64,000 bases of DNA, taken from Octopus bimaculoides. Its lineage: Eukaryota. How positions within the stretch are numbered: the first letter of the stretch is position 1; every line of letters begins with the position of its first letter. The translations under genes and the position numbers were made by a program. The notes under the pieces were generated by a model, which ran no database searches, was not told the origin of the DNA, and saw nothing but the letters and a program-made list of their open reading frames with translations. Location: contig NC_068998.1 of the NCBI RefSeq assembly GCF_001194135.2, positions 14,959,758 to 15,023,757 of the forward strand, given 5' to 3'. Of this stretch, positions 1 through 11,297 are shown piece by piece.

Positions 1-60
1 TTCTTTGCAGCGGTATAAGAGTTCCACTTTTTTTTCACTGTTTCAATTTTGTTCTTACCC

Positions 61-111
61 TGTGTGCGTACGTGTGCGTGTGTGTGTGCGTTTGCGTGTG
101 CGTGTGTTTGT

Positions 112-164
<53 letters not shown>

Positions 165-190
165 CGTGTGCGTGTGCGTGTGTGTGTGTT
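61..190. repeat. (GT)n/(GC)-mixed alternating purine-pyrimidine microsatellite
   Basis: Direct reading: about 130 bp of gtgt/gcgt. Confidence 0.95.
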
Positions 191-504
191 TCCTACATGC
201 ACGGCCAAAGCGCTAGATCGTTCAATCTGTACCAAATTTGCCTGTCTGTATATTACGTCAGTTTTCTTTTTTCGCTTTAAAAGTAAACAATTCTGAAACG
301 CGTTTAATTGTGATAACGAAACAATGGGCTTAAAGAGAAAAAGACAGTAAGGTTTCTAACTAATAAAAGGTCTTCATACAGACACACGCTTTTACACTGT
401 AGGGTATATTTCAATTTATACGATAAACTTTATAAATTTTAAAGTTCAATATTCCCGTGATATAAGTTAGAGACATTGACATGAGTTATTGAAATAATTG
501 TTCG

Positions 505-880
505 TGGAATGGACCTAATAAAATTAGCTATTGTAGATTTGATATTTCATATTTAGTCCTTACCACCAAAATTCGTTTCTCTTGGGAAATATAGGGGTGA
601 TAATGTCTTTATTCTACGGATCACATTAATCCTATTTAACTTCCCCTACGAATTTAAACGGCTCCAATTCTCAGTGAAACTAAGTTTTGCTATGTTCATA
701 AACAAATCTCAAGCGCAATCTCTCAACGTTGTTGTACTTAATCTTGCTTCGCCTTGCTTCTCTCATGGGCAATTATATGTAGGATGTTCGCGAGTTGGAA
801 GTCCCAAAACTCCCATTCTTTGTACACCAATTGAAGAATACACTGAAAACATTGTATATTTAGAAGTTCTACGAAATTAA
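505..880 (+). mobile_element. Helitron RepHel remnant, C-terminal Pif1-family helicase
   Basis: Frame from 584 reads [74 protein letters not shown]...ENIVYLEVLRN*. This matches the Helitron consensus [41 protein letters not shown]...KNIVY. Decayed upstream; no 3' hairpin/CTAG seen. Confidence 0.9.
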
Positions 881-1001
881 ACTGTGACTGATTTCAGGAT
901 TTGTTTTAATAACTTTGTTTATACCCACGTCATCTAATAGAATTTTTCGGAAAATGCCTTTTTTTTTATCAGAATAGATATATTTATTTCCTATATATAT
1001 A

Positions 1002-1020
1002 TATCATGGATCAGTACATA

Positions 1021-1065
<45 letters not shown>

Positions 1066-1081
1066 GTACTGATCCATGATA
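1002..1081. repeat. Perfect 26-bp inverted repeat around an (AT)n core
   Basis: tatcatggatcagtacataatatata (1002-1027) is the exact reverse complement of 1056-1081. Confidence 0.9.
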
Positions 1082-1804
1082 GAAAATTCAACAAAAGAAG
1101 TACTCCATCTGGTGAGAGATAAATATTATTCACTTAAAGGTCACAATACATGAATTAACGCGCTGTTAAAGCGTTACTAATAGATTCATATGTTGAGAAA
1201 ACTCAAACATATTTTTCAGGAGCAGACCACATATCATAACGAACTAAAGAAATTGAATAATAGAAGAAACGCGGAAAAACTGAGAAGGTAGCATATAGAA
1301 AATGCAAGACAAAATGAAAAATGGCAAAGGAAAAATAGAAACTAAAATGTAGAAAATAAAAAGTAAAAAGGTAAAAGAGCTATCCTACTTAAATATCAGT
1401 TCAGTCAGGAATAGACGGAATTTTCCAATTCGTCAAAATATAGTTATATATATGCATGCAACCACTGAAAATGTTTGATTTGGAGTTCAATAGAGAATTC
1501 GGGATCTTAGATCTGAAAAGGATCTGCGCTATTTCAGCCAAAGTCTACATTTATTCGATCCATTAACATAAGGTATTGATTTCTCAATTACTTTCGATTT
1601 AATCACATGTGATATTTCATTATCCACTTGACCAATGATGTATGACTAAATCTATCATATATGAGGCAAAAGTTACTGTAACCCTAAATACTAATACAAC
1701 TCATAAGAAGACCTGCATTGGATAATGTGAAGGTAAATTAAAAATCGCTATGCTAATCTCATAGACTCCATCCGACATAAGGACGAAAGTAAAGCTACTA
1801 AGTT

Positions 1805-1937
1805 GGCTAGCTACGTATGTGTGGTATCTTGCTTACCAACCATATGGTTTCGGATTCAGTCCCACTATGTGGTGCCTCGGGTTGACCAACGCCTTGTGGG
1901 TGGGTTTGCTAGACGGAAACTGAAAGAAGCCCGTCGT
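1805..1937 (+). mobile_element. tRNA-derived SINE family A, internally deleted
   Basis: Homologous to 8777-8945 (gcttaccaaccatatggtt...gacggaaactgaaagaagcccgtcg) but lacks the caccttgggcaagtgtcttctgctata segment. Confidence 0.85.
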
Positions 1938-2647
1938 ATATATATATATATATATATATATATATNNNNNNNNNNNNNNNNNNNNNNNNNNNNNNNNNNN
2001 NNNNNNNNNNNNNNNNNNNNNNNNNNNNNNNNNNNNNNNNNNNNNNNNNNNNNNNNNNNNNNNNNNNNNNNNNNNNNNNNNNNNNNNNNNNNNNNNNNNN
2101 NNNNNNNNNNNNNNNNNNNNNNNNNNNNNNNNNNNNNNNNNNNNNNNNNNNNNNNNNNNNNNNNNNNNNNNNNNNNNNNNNNNNNNNNNNNNNNNNNNNN
2201 NNNNNNNNNNNNNNNNNNNNNNNNNNNNNNNNNNNNNNNNNNNNNNNNNNNNNNNNNNNNNNNNNNNNNNNNNNNNNNNNNNNNNNNNNNNNNNNNNNNN
2301 NNNNNNNNNNNNNNNNNNNNNNNNNNNNNNNNNNNNNNNNNNNNNNNNNNNNNNNNNNNNNNNNNNNNNNNNNNNNNNNNNNNNNNNNNNNNNNNNNNNN
2401 NNNNNNNNNNNNNNNNNNNNNNNNNNNNNNNNNNNNNNNNNNNNNNNNNNNNNNNNNNNNNNNNNNNNNNNNNNNNNNNNNNNNNNNNNNNNNNNNNNNN
2501 NNNNNNNNNNNNNNNNNNNNNNNNNNNNNNNNNNNNNNNNNNNNNNNNNNNNNNNNNNNNNNNNNNNNNNNNNNNNNNNNNNNNNNNNNNNNNNNNNNNN
2601 NNNNNNNNNNNNNNNNNNNNNNNNNATATATATATATATATATATAT

Positions 2648-3045
2648 AATACAAAATGGGACAAGAACGTAAAGCATCCAGACAGGTGATACAAAAAGGG
2701 GACAACAAAACATCCACATTGACGATATAAAGAATGCAAGAACGGAGTCATTCGGAGTTTTCTTTCCTCAGTCGAGTTCCAGATTATCTTTGCAATTTCG
2801 GTTGGTTAAACTCGACATTGCTCCAATCTGGCCAGCCCCAAGGAAAAACTAAGCATTAGGTTCCTTGAAAGAAAGCAGCGAATATATACGAACACAAGGA
2901 CGGAAAAAAAAAACAGAGAATGTTACACAAACACCAAATAACAGGGCATAACAACATGTGTCTTCCGACTAAGGACGAATTAAATTAAACTGGCGTGTGT
3001 GGAAATAAAGCCTTACGGCAGAGATACAAGATTTCACGTTATCGA
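2648..3045. repeat. Probable interspersed repeat, family unassigned
   Basis: GC-richer block starting at a (TA)n/gap edge, with no ORF. It resembles a recurrent octopus repeat from memory only, and there is no second copy in the window. Confidence 0.3.
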
Positions 3046-3049
3046 AATA

Positions 3050-3180
3050 CTAGCGCTAAGTAGTGCTTAGGCATAAACAAAGTTTAGGCTTGTGATACAC
3101 TTCAACTGTCAAAAGGCAAACACTGCACCTACTGTGGAGATAGTTTTCTCTCAAAATTGTGTAAAAACAGCTCTTCTGTC
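3050..3180 (+). repeat. Old dispersed repeat, second copy at about 61045-61180
   Basis: ctaagtagtgcttaggcataaacaaagtttagg...caaaaggcaaacactgca...gtgtaaaaaca aligns with ccaagcagtgtttaggcataagcaaagtttagg...caaaaggtaaattcactgca...gtgtaaaaaca. Confidence 0.65.
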
Positions 3181-5166
3181 CACCGTCGACATCCACTTTG
3201 ATTCCAGACGTCGATGTTTCGGTAATACATACACACATAAATGTATTGTGTGCTTCTTCTGTTCGGTTTTCCATTCAATTATATATATGTAGGGGGGGTA
3301 TTTATGTATGTATGTACATATATAATATATATATATATCTATATCCGTGTATAAACACACACATGTATATACACATATATACATATATTTATATACGTAG
3401 ATAGATATATATTTATATATATATCTACATACGTATATATATATATATGTGTGTGTTTCTGCGTGTGTGTGTGTGTGTGTGTGTATACTTATGCATGTAT
3501 GTATATTATCAAATTGATGAAAACAATATAATAATGAATATGTTAGTATGAACATAAAATTCGGAAGGTGTTATTAATGAAAATGAAGAGATATTTCCTT
3601 GAATATCAAAATACACCAGTGTACTTCTGCTTGCATTGACATTAACACTTTCATATTACATCAATGTAATAGCATATGATTGTTCAGATAAATGTGTGTA
3701 AAATTTATACGTATCTTTGGTAAACTGACACCTCAATTGGCCTTTCAGTATAATGAGCTCGGAAATTCAATACACATTCAAATGTTTGGGGGTGGACATC
3801 TAATTAGGTGATATTTTTTATATAATTTTATAGTCTTTTTTTAATTTTATTTTATCGTGCCATTGATAGCAGAGTGACACATATTTGCACAAGCACGTAT
3901 ATTTGCATGTATCTATATTTTTGGAAACATTAAGTTACTCAATTATTCACAGACATATTCGTGTGTATGTGTGCTTGTGTGTGTGTGTATACATATACAT
4001 ATATATACATACATATATATATANNNNNNNNNNNNNNNNNNNNNNNNNNNNNNNNNNNNNNNNNNNNNNNNNNNNNNNNNNNNNNNNNNNNNNNNNNNNN
4101 NNNNNNNNNNNNNNNNNNNNNNNNNNNNNNNNNNNNNNNNNNNNNNNNNNNNNNNNNNNNNNNNNNNNNNNNNNNNNNNNNNNNNNNNNNNNNNNNNNNN
4201 NNNNNNNNNNNNNNNNNNNNNNNNNNNNNNNNNNNNNNNNNNNNNNNNNNNNNNNNNNNNNNNNNNNNNNNNNNNNNNNNNNNNNNNNNNNNNNNNNNNN
4301 NNNNNNNNNNNNNNNNNNNNNNNNNNNNNNNNNNNNNNNNNNNNNNNNNNNNNNNNNNNNNNNNNNNNNNNNNNNNNNNNNNNNNNNNNNNNNNNNNNNN
4401 NNNNNNNNNNNNNNNNNNNNNNNNNNNNNNNNNNNNNNNNNNNNNNNNNNNNNNNNNNNNNNNNNNNNNNNNNNNNNNNNNNNNNNNNNNNNNNNNNNNN
4501 NNNNNNNNNNNNNNNNNNNNNNNNNNNNNNNNNNNNNNNNNNNNNNNNNNNNNNNNNNNNNNNNNNNNNNNNNNNNNNNNNNNNNNNNNNNNNNNNNNNN
4601 NNNNNNNNNNNNNNNNNNNNNNNNNNNNNNNNNNNNNNNATATATAAACAGGGTGGTGCAAAAGTTTTGACCCATAGGCAATTTATTATATAACAATTAC
4701 TCAAAGGACATACTGAGTATGTCTACCTGCTGGAAATAACAGTCAAAACTCTTATTTAAATCGCCAAAATACACTGAGAATAACTACAGAAATCAACCGT
4801 CCGAAGGCAAACGGACCAAGACAATCTCTCAGCATACATTCAAGTATTCGGACTCACATGGACCGGTTTCTGGACTGGCATAATAGCCTCACCTTCTTCA
4901 GCATGCGATACTATGATCGAGAGCTCCAGCCCGTTGTATTAATGTCTGCGCTGCAACTGATTCGTTTTGCGCCGAAATCGTGGTAGCCACCAGTGTGAAA
5001 ATAATTTCAATACGGAGCAAATAATTCACGAGAAAAATAATTCACGAAAAAGTAACTTGCGAAGGTATCATTGACTCTATTATTATCTAGTGCAACAATT
5101 TAAAACTGATAACAGAATCAATAAAAACATTAATTAGCTGACGGATTATTTTCCGTGAATTATTTC

Positions 5167-5345
5167 AGCTGGCAAGAACAAAGGCCCGGCCTTGTCACAC
5201 TGTGTATTACGCTGAACCTTCTTGAGAACTATGTTAAGGGTACACGTGTATGTAGAGTGCTCAACAACTTGCACGTTAATTTTACGAGCAACCTGTTTTG
5301 TTGAACATATCAACTGGGACTCTTGTCCTCGTAATCGAGGGATGC
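5167..5345 (+). mobile_element. SINE family C, 3' part
   Basis: ccttgtcacac...gagaactatgttaagggtacacgtg...cttgcacgttaatttt is the reverse complement of the 23372-23550 part of the copy at 23372-23736. Confidence 0.75.
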
Positions 5346-5349
5346 TCCT

Positions 5350-5404
<55 letters not shown>
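5350..5404. repeat. (GATA)n microsatellite
   Basis: Direct reading. Confidence 0.95.
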
Positions 5405-5581
5405 TTCTCTTTATTCTCTTATTATTCCCCCTCTGTTTATTTCCGAGTGTTCCTTGCTGTTGAAGAGCGTAGGCTCGAAACGGAAACGTAAAAGACTATC
5501 TCACCTTCACGAGCGTCAAACTAATACACCTGCTTTTTGTTTAAACACCTATCTTAGTCTTTTGTTTTTCGTTTAATTTCA

Positions 5582-5585
<4 letters not shown>
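5405..5585 (+). mobile_element. Penelope-like element terminal (pLTR) fragment with a degenerate hammerhead-like motif
   Basis: ctgttga-a-gagc-gtag-gctc-gaaacg(gaaacg)ta at 5457-5490 fits the CUGANGA / stem II / GAAAC-GUH layout of PLE hammerheads, with an A6>U change. The block is flanked by microsatellites. Confidence 0.5.
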
Positions 5586-5618
<33 letters not shown>

Positions 5619-6784
5619 GAAATATAACNNNNNNNNNNNNNNNNNNNNNNNNNNNNNNNNNNNNNNNNNNNNNNNNNNNNNNNNNNNNNNNNNNNNNNNN
5701 NNNNNNNNNNNNNNNNNNNNNNNNNNNNNNNNNNNNNNNNNNNNNNNNNNNNNNNNNNNNNNNNNNNNNNNNNNNNNNNNNNNNNNNNNNNNNNNNNNNN
5801 NNNNNNNNNNNNNNNNNNNNNNNNNNNNNNNNNNNNNNNNNNNNNNNNNNNNNNNNNNNNNNNNNNNNNNNNNNNNNNNNNNNNNNNNNNNNNNNNNNNN
5901 NNNNNNNNNNNNNNNNNNNNNNNNNNNNNNNNNNNNNNNNNNNNNNNNNNNNNNNNNNNNNNNNNNNNNNNNNNNNNNNNNNNNNNNNNNNNNNNNNNNN
6001 NNNNNNNNNNNNNNNNNNNNNNNNNNNNNNNNNNNNNNNNNNNNNNNNNNNNNNNNNNNNNNNNNNNNNNNNNNNNNNNNNNNNNNNNNNNNNNNNNNNN
6101 NNNNNNNNNNNNNNNNNNNNNNNNNNNNNNNNNNNNNNNNNNNNNNNNNNNNNNNNNNNNNNNNNNNGAACACCATCATCATCATCATCATCATTATCAT
6201 CACTATGATCAGTAACAACAGCGACGACAACAGCTTAAGATATGAAAATAATAAACCAATAAAGAAACGAAAATGATGTCACCCCCGCGACCTATTACGG
6301 TAGAATTACTTCATTGTCTACACACGGTCTGATAACGGGTTTGTTGACTTAACCTTTTGTGACTAACAGATTTTTCCATTATTTTTAATTTTTTTTTTTT
6401 TTTCTCGTGTTTTTTTTTTCACATTGAAACAAAAACAATAACAACAACAAGAAAGAAACTGCAGCAAATGTGTTTTGAGACAAAAGTATATTTTGTATTT
6501 TATCAGATGTTTATTCAGCGACCAGTATCACAGCGTCATCGCATCATACCATCATAGTATCACAGCGTCATCGTATCAAAGTGCCGATATCAACATCAAC
6601 AGGATCAGAATCATAGCAGTGATCATAAACATGGCGGCTTTTGGGGATAGTAGTGTTGATATTAGTGACCATTATCATCCTCACTCGTATCACCATCAGC
6701 ATCAGCATCATCCTCATCGTCATCGATTTCATTAGCATCTTCATCATTCATGGCTTTATTATCATTAGTAAGCGTAGCAATATT

Positions 6785-6925
6785 TTGCCAGACTCATTAG
6801 TGTCATAAAACATGACTTCCTGTATTTGTTCGAGCATCTTGCATTCAGAGTTCGATTCTCGTCGAGGTCACTTTTGCCTTTCGTCAGTCCAAAGTCGGTG
6901 ATATAAAGTACCAGTCAATTACTGC
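6785..6925 (+). mobile_element. SINE family B, degenerate, 3' truncated
   Basis: cagagttcgattctcgtcgaggtcacttttgcctttc...aaagtaccagt matches the family B core. Confidence 0.7.
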
Positions 6926-6951
6926 AGCAGTAGTAGTAGTAGTAGTAGTAA

Positions 6952-6985
<34 letters not shown>

Positions 6986-7199
6986 TCTACTATTATTTTC
7001 ATATCATTAATAGAAACGAACGGCTTATGTCTGGAGATAAGAGGACAGTTGAGGGTACGTGTTTCTACCTCTATAGGCATCAGCAGCATGACAACTGTCC
7101 TAACCGATCTCCATTAGTCGGACACAGAAATACAGAATGACTAGAACTCATTTGTGACATAGATACTTTGCAACAAACCGAAGCCAAGAGAAATAGCTT

Positions 7200-7278
7200 A
7201 ATGTTGTATAGCATCCGAACATGATTGTTATATGTGCACAGTGACAATGATGTTCGGGATACACTATATCCAAACATT
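7200..7278 (+). ncRNA. Candidate pre-miRNA-like hairpin
   Basis: About 30 bp of interrupted stem: ccgaacatgattgttat/gtgacaatgatgttcgg, plus gtatag/ctatat and aatgtt/aacatt. G-U pairs favour the + strand, and UGUG lies at the loop start. No expression evidence. Confidence 0.35.
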
Positions 7279-7483
7279 ATCGATTCGTGGGTGTATGTCT
7301 AACAGCTGGGTATCAGCCGAATTTTTCAAGAATTTGGAACCATCAGCTACTTTTGGCAATGAAGGGCACTAAATGTTTCCAGGGCCAGGTAATTCTAGGA
7401 AAGCAAGAAGGAAAGGGAGGAGCATCTACACGATAAATCTTATGAGTGGGCAGTGAGAAATGCGGAATTGGAACGGTTTAAAT

Positions 7484-7822
7484 CAGTGGTTTTCAACTGG
7501 GGTCCATATGACCCCTGGGGAGTCCATAATATTTTTGCGTGTTGGGAGGGCCCACTGTAGCAAAATAGCAAATTGGGGATTCACAGTATTATTTTAAGTG
7601 TCCATGTAAATTTTTATTTGAATGTATCTGTTGCAAGAAACAGGTTTTGTCTAACGTTTTTCATAGTTCAACCTACGCAAGTTAATGTGCGAGAAACAAA
7701 ATAAGAATTTTGAAAGAAGTATCTATAGAACTAGTTTTTAAACACTGAAAGGCTACGGGAGCCCACCAGAATGAAATTGTAATCAGAAGGGTTCATAGTT
7801 AAAAGTTAGTTGAGAATCCCCG
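7484..7822. mobile_element. hAT-superfamily MITE
   Basis: TIRs cagtggttttcaac / gttgagaatccccg; degenerate 8-bp TSD gtttaaat (7476-7483) and gcttaagt (7823-7830). Confidence 0.75.
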
Positions 7823-8776
7823 GCTTAAGTGATTCTTCTCTAGCATCGCAGCTCTGTGCTCACGGCAAGAACTGAAATGAGCCACTTGTCGATGCTGAAT
7901 TGAGTAATCAGATGCTGCTTTTCAGCTTCTCCGTATCATCTTATATAGTTATTCCCCCATCCATTTGGATGATCCGTTCTCAATTCTTTCGTTTTGTTTG
8001 TTCTATACAATATAGATTAATTTTCATTATATCAATTCATAATGGCTTTGTTGCTTTGTTGATCTGACATTTTACTCGAGGTAAATCCTCCTTGGTGTTT
8101 TATCTGTATTTACCCCGTATACTGACCGCCAACGTCTTCAGCACTCGCAGCCAATAGCATATTTCGTTATTATTTATCTCATTATCCAGCGATTCATTCG
8201 GTAATATTTATATCATTATTATTCGTATCATTATGTATATTATAATTATAGTCATGCTTGTTTCTGTTGTTGTCTTTATTGTGGTTGTTACTTCTTCTCT
8301 TTCTGCTTTTATCTGTTGGCTGCTACGCGTGATATTAATGGCGAGTGAAATAATTCACCACAGGATTTATTCACAAAGAATCGCATGTATTTGCATCTAT
8401 CGATGTATAAGTGTGTATGCATGCTGTGTGCGCGTGTGTATGTATGTGTATACCACTCTCTATGTGAAAATGCATGAATAAGAAAATAAATACATATATA
8501 TGCATACGTGTGTGTGTGTGTCTTTTATGTTTAATTCTTAAGAGAAGTCTGTCATCTTCCAACAATTCAACAGCTTCTATTTACTGAGGTGGTGAAAGGC
8601 GAGTTTTTTTGTTAAAGCGTTAAATCTCTAAAATATAGATTCCCCTCCACAGTTATCTTTAACTCGTATTCAACTAACTTCCATTTCTGATTTCTTTGAT
8701 CTTTCATTCAACAATTATGCTATGTATATATGTATATAAGGTATATGTATACGTATATACCTATATATATATGAAC

Positions 8777-8939
8777 AGGCGCAGGAGTGGCTGTGTGTTG
8801 AGAAGCTTGCTTCCCGACCACATGGTTCCGGGTTCAGTCCCATTGTGTGGCACCTTGGGCAAGTGTCTTCTGCTATAGCCTCGAACCGACTAAAGCCTTG
8901 TGAGTGGATCTGGCAGACGGAAACTGAAAGAAAGCCGTC

Positions 8940-8945
<6 letters not shown>
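8777..8945 (+). mobile_element. SINE family A, head and body
   Basis: aggcgcaggagtggctgtgtg (A-box-like), gggttcagtccc (B-box-like), followed by (GT)n. Confidence 0.9.
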
Positions 8946-8983
<38 letters not shown>

Positions 8984-9225
8984 ATGTATATAATTCTTGA
9001 TTGGGTCATTCCTCTCTCACCTGGAGTTNNNNNNNNNNNNNNNNNNNNNNNNNNNNNNNNNNNNNNNNNNNNNNNNNNNNNNNNNNNNNNNNNNNNNNNN
9101 NNNNNNNNNNNNNNNNNNNNNNNNNNNNNNNNNNNNNNNNNNNNNNNNNNNNNNNNNNNNNNNNNNNNNNTATATATATATATATATATACATATATATA
9201 TAATGTTGGCAACAAGCCATCACTT

Positions 9226-9264
<39 letters not shown>

Positions 9265-9727
9265 ATGTATATAATTCTTGATTGGGTCATTCCTCTCTCA
9301 CCTGGAGTTCCTAATTGCTAATAGTGTATCCTTGAGCAGTGGCGTATCCTCCGACAGTCTGTGTCATCCATCAATAGATATTAACCGACTTTTCTTGTTA
9401 TCATCGGAGATACAACCTGGTAATAATCTTTTTAAGCTACTGGCCGCTGATTTCTTGGAAATATTACTATGTAACTTTCACACAAATTACAAAGTATGTA
9501 GTCCCTGCTGTCCGTAGAGGGGTAACAACCTAATATGGTCCGGGAGAGATATTTTTCTTGCAAGCTCATATGTAACTTGACACGATCAAAAATATATATG
9601 ATTTAAGTGTGCATGTGTGCGTCTGCTCAGTTGAGAATTGAATTAAGAAGAAAATAAGAGGAAAATATATCTTTATAAAGGTTATTTTATATCATTTGTG
9701 TATTCTGATTGACACTATATCTAGCTT

Positions 9728-9862
9728 CTGACAAATTCTCGCTTATTGGAAAGCGACAGTTTGAAGGTAAGATTCTGATGCTTTGGCGATACATAAAAAT
9801 TGTGATGACTCAAGAAAGTTGGTTAAAATTGACGGTAACTTGAATAGTGCCAAATATATCGA
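9728..9862 (+). mobile_element. Tc1-family transposase fragment, decayed
   Basis: GKILMLWRYI then (frameshift) DDSRKLVKIDGNLNSAKYIE resembles the Tc1 GGSVMVWG...LVKIDG.MNS..Y region between catalytic D1 and D2. Confidence 0.55.
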
Positions 9863-10354
9863 GGGAGCAGTGATAATCTGCATATACTATGCTTTGGAAG
9901 TAACTCTCAGACATGCATCAACGTCGCCTCAGCATTGCTGCGTGCCATACACTGTAGAGTTATATGGGCTGATGTGTGACGCACTAGCTTATATTGAACC
10001 TCTGTCTTGTTTCCCGTTTTACAAAGAGTCACATATAGTACACTATTGCCTTCTTCGGTCGATGTAGAAAATCTCACGCCTCATGTTCGCGAGTACTGCC
10101 ATTAACATTTGTCAAGGTATGACAAATAAATATCGATGTGACTCTGGTAACGAACATCACTGTCACTTTCTTTCTCTTTCGCTAAATTGTGATAGCTCCA
10201 GGTGAAAACTGAAACTTCACTTGGCAGCAACATAATACGTTTTTGTATTATATTGCTGACAGGTGAACTTTCTTTCATTAAATTTATCCATATCCAAAGC
10301 TCGTTTGTTGTACAAGATGTTTGCGAAAGACAAAGCTAGCAATCCATTCAAACT

Positions 10355-10862
10355 GCCCGGCAGAATTGTTGGAAGGCCAGGCAAAATGCTTAAAGACATT
10401 TCATCCGTCTTTACGTCTTGAGTTCAAATTCCGCCGGGGTCGACTTTGTCTTTCATCATTTCGAAGTGGATAACATAAGTACTAGTTGAGTACTGGGTTC
10501 AATATAATCAACTACCACCTCCTCCAACATTTCAGGCCTTGTGCTCATAGTAGAAAGGATTATTACAAATGCTGAGCGGTATTTCGTCTGCTGCTACGTT
10601 CTGGGTTCAAATTCCGTGAGGTCGACTTTGCCTTTCATCCATTCGGGGTCGATAAATTAAGTACCAATGAAATACTGGGGTCATTACAAGCAGCTAGCTC
10701 TCTCCCCAAAAGTTTCAGCCCTTGTGCCTATAGTAGAAAGGATTATTATTATTATTAATTTCATTATTATTATTATTTTATGTTTGACTTTTGCTTTGCA
10801 TTTGTACAAGTTGGATCCAAGTCTCACCCAGAGACCTCAAGAGACAACAAGTTAGAAGTTCA

Positions 10863-10925
<63 letters not shown>

Positions 10926-11158
10926 TATTATTAAGGCAGTGAGCTGGCGGCATCGTTAGCATGCCGGGGAAAATGCTTAGCGGTATTTCGTCCGTGTTTA
11001 CGTTCTGAGTTCAAATTCCGCTGAGGTCGACTTTGCCTTTCATCCTTTAGTGGGGGGGAGGGTCAATAAATTAAGTACCAGTCAAGAACTATGGTCTATG
11101 TGTGATCGACTATCCCCGTCCCCAAAAAACTTCAAGCCTTGTGCCAATAGTAGAAAGG

Positions 11159-11165
<7 letters not shown>
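10355..11165 (+). mobile_element. Three head-to-tail SINE family B copies (10355-10565, 10568-10755, 10934-11165)
   Basis: Each has gagttcaaattccg..gaggtcgactttg.ctttcatc...aagtac and ends agtagaaaggatt followed by (ATT)n. Confidence 0.9.
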
Positions 11166-11200
<35 letters not shown>

Positions 11201-11297
11201 GTTGTTGTTGTTGTTGCTTTTGTTGTTGTTGTTGTTGTTGCTGTTGTTGCTGTTGTTAAACTCTCATCACGCTTGCTTAATACTGCAACTACTACTA

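Noticed and set aside
5-296. ORFs made of VC/HT/IY/LS repeats throughout the window, including poly-E/D and poly-T frames at 12033-12224 and 28244-28640
   Set aside because: These are translations of microsatellites or degenerate trinucleotide repeats.
4648-4680. Tc1/mariner-like TIR start cagggtggtgcaaaagttttgac (also tacagggtg near 20680)
   Set aside because: No matching opposite end or transposase trace found.
4706-4722. Short palindromes (gacatactgagtatgtc; tcgacaattgtcga near 50528)
   Set aside because: Within chance expectation and with no supporting context.
1803-6276. Long ORFs of 200-360 aa in the track (also at 22441-23420, 39071-39589, 42041-43218, 46628-48272)
   Set aside because: They are open only because they span N-runs.
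8975-9308. Identical 54-bp segment on both sides of the 9029-9170 gap
   Set aside because: Typical contig-overlap artefact across a scaffold gap.
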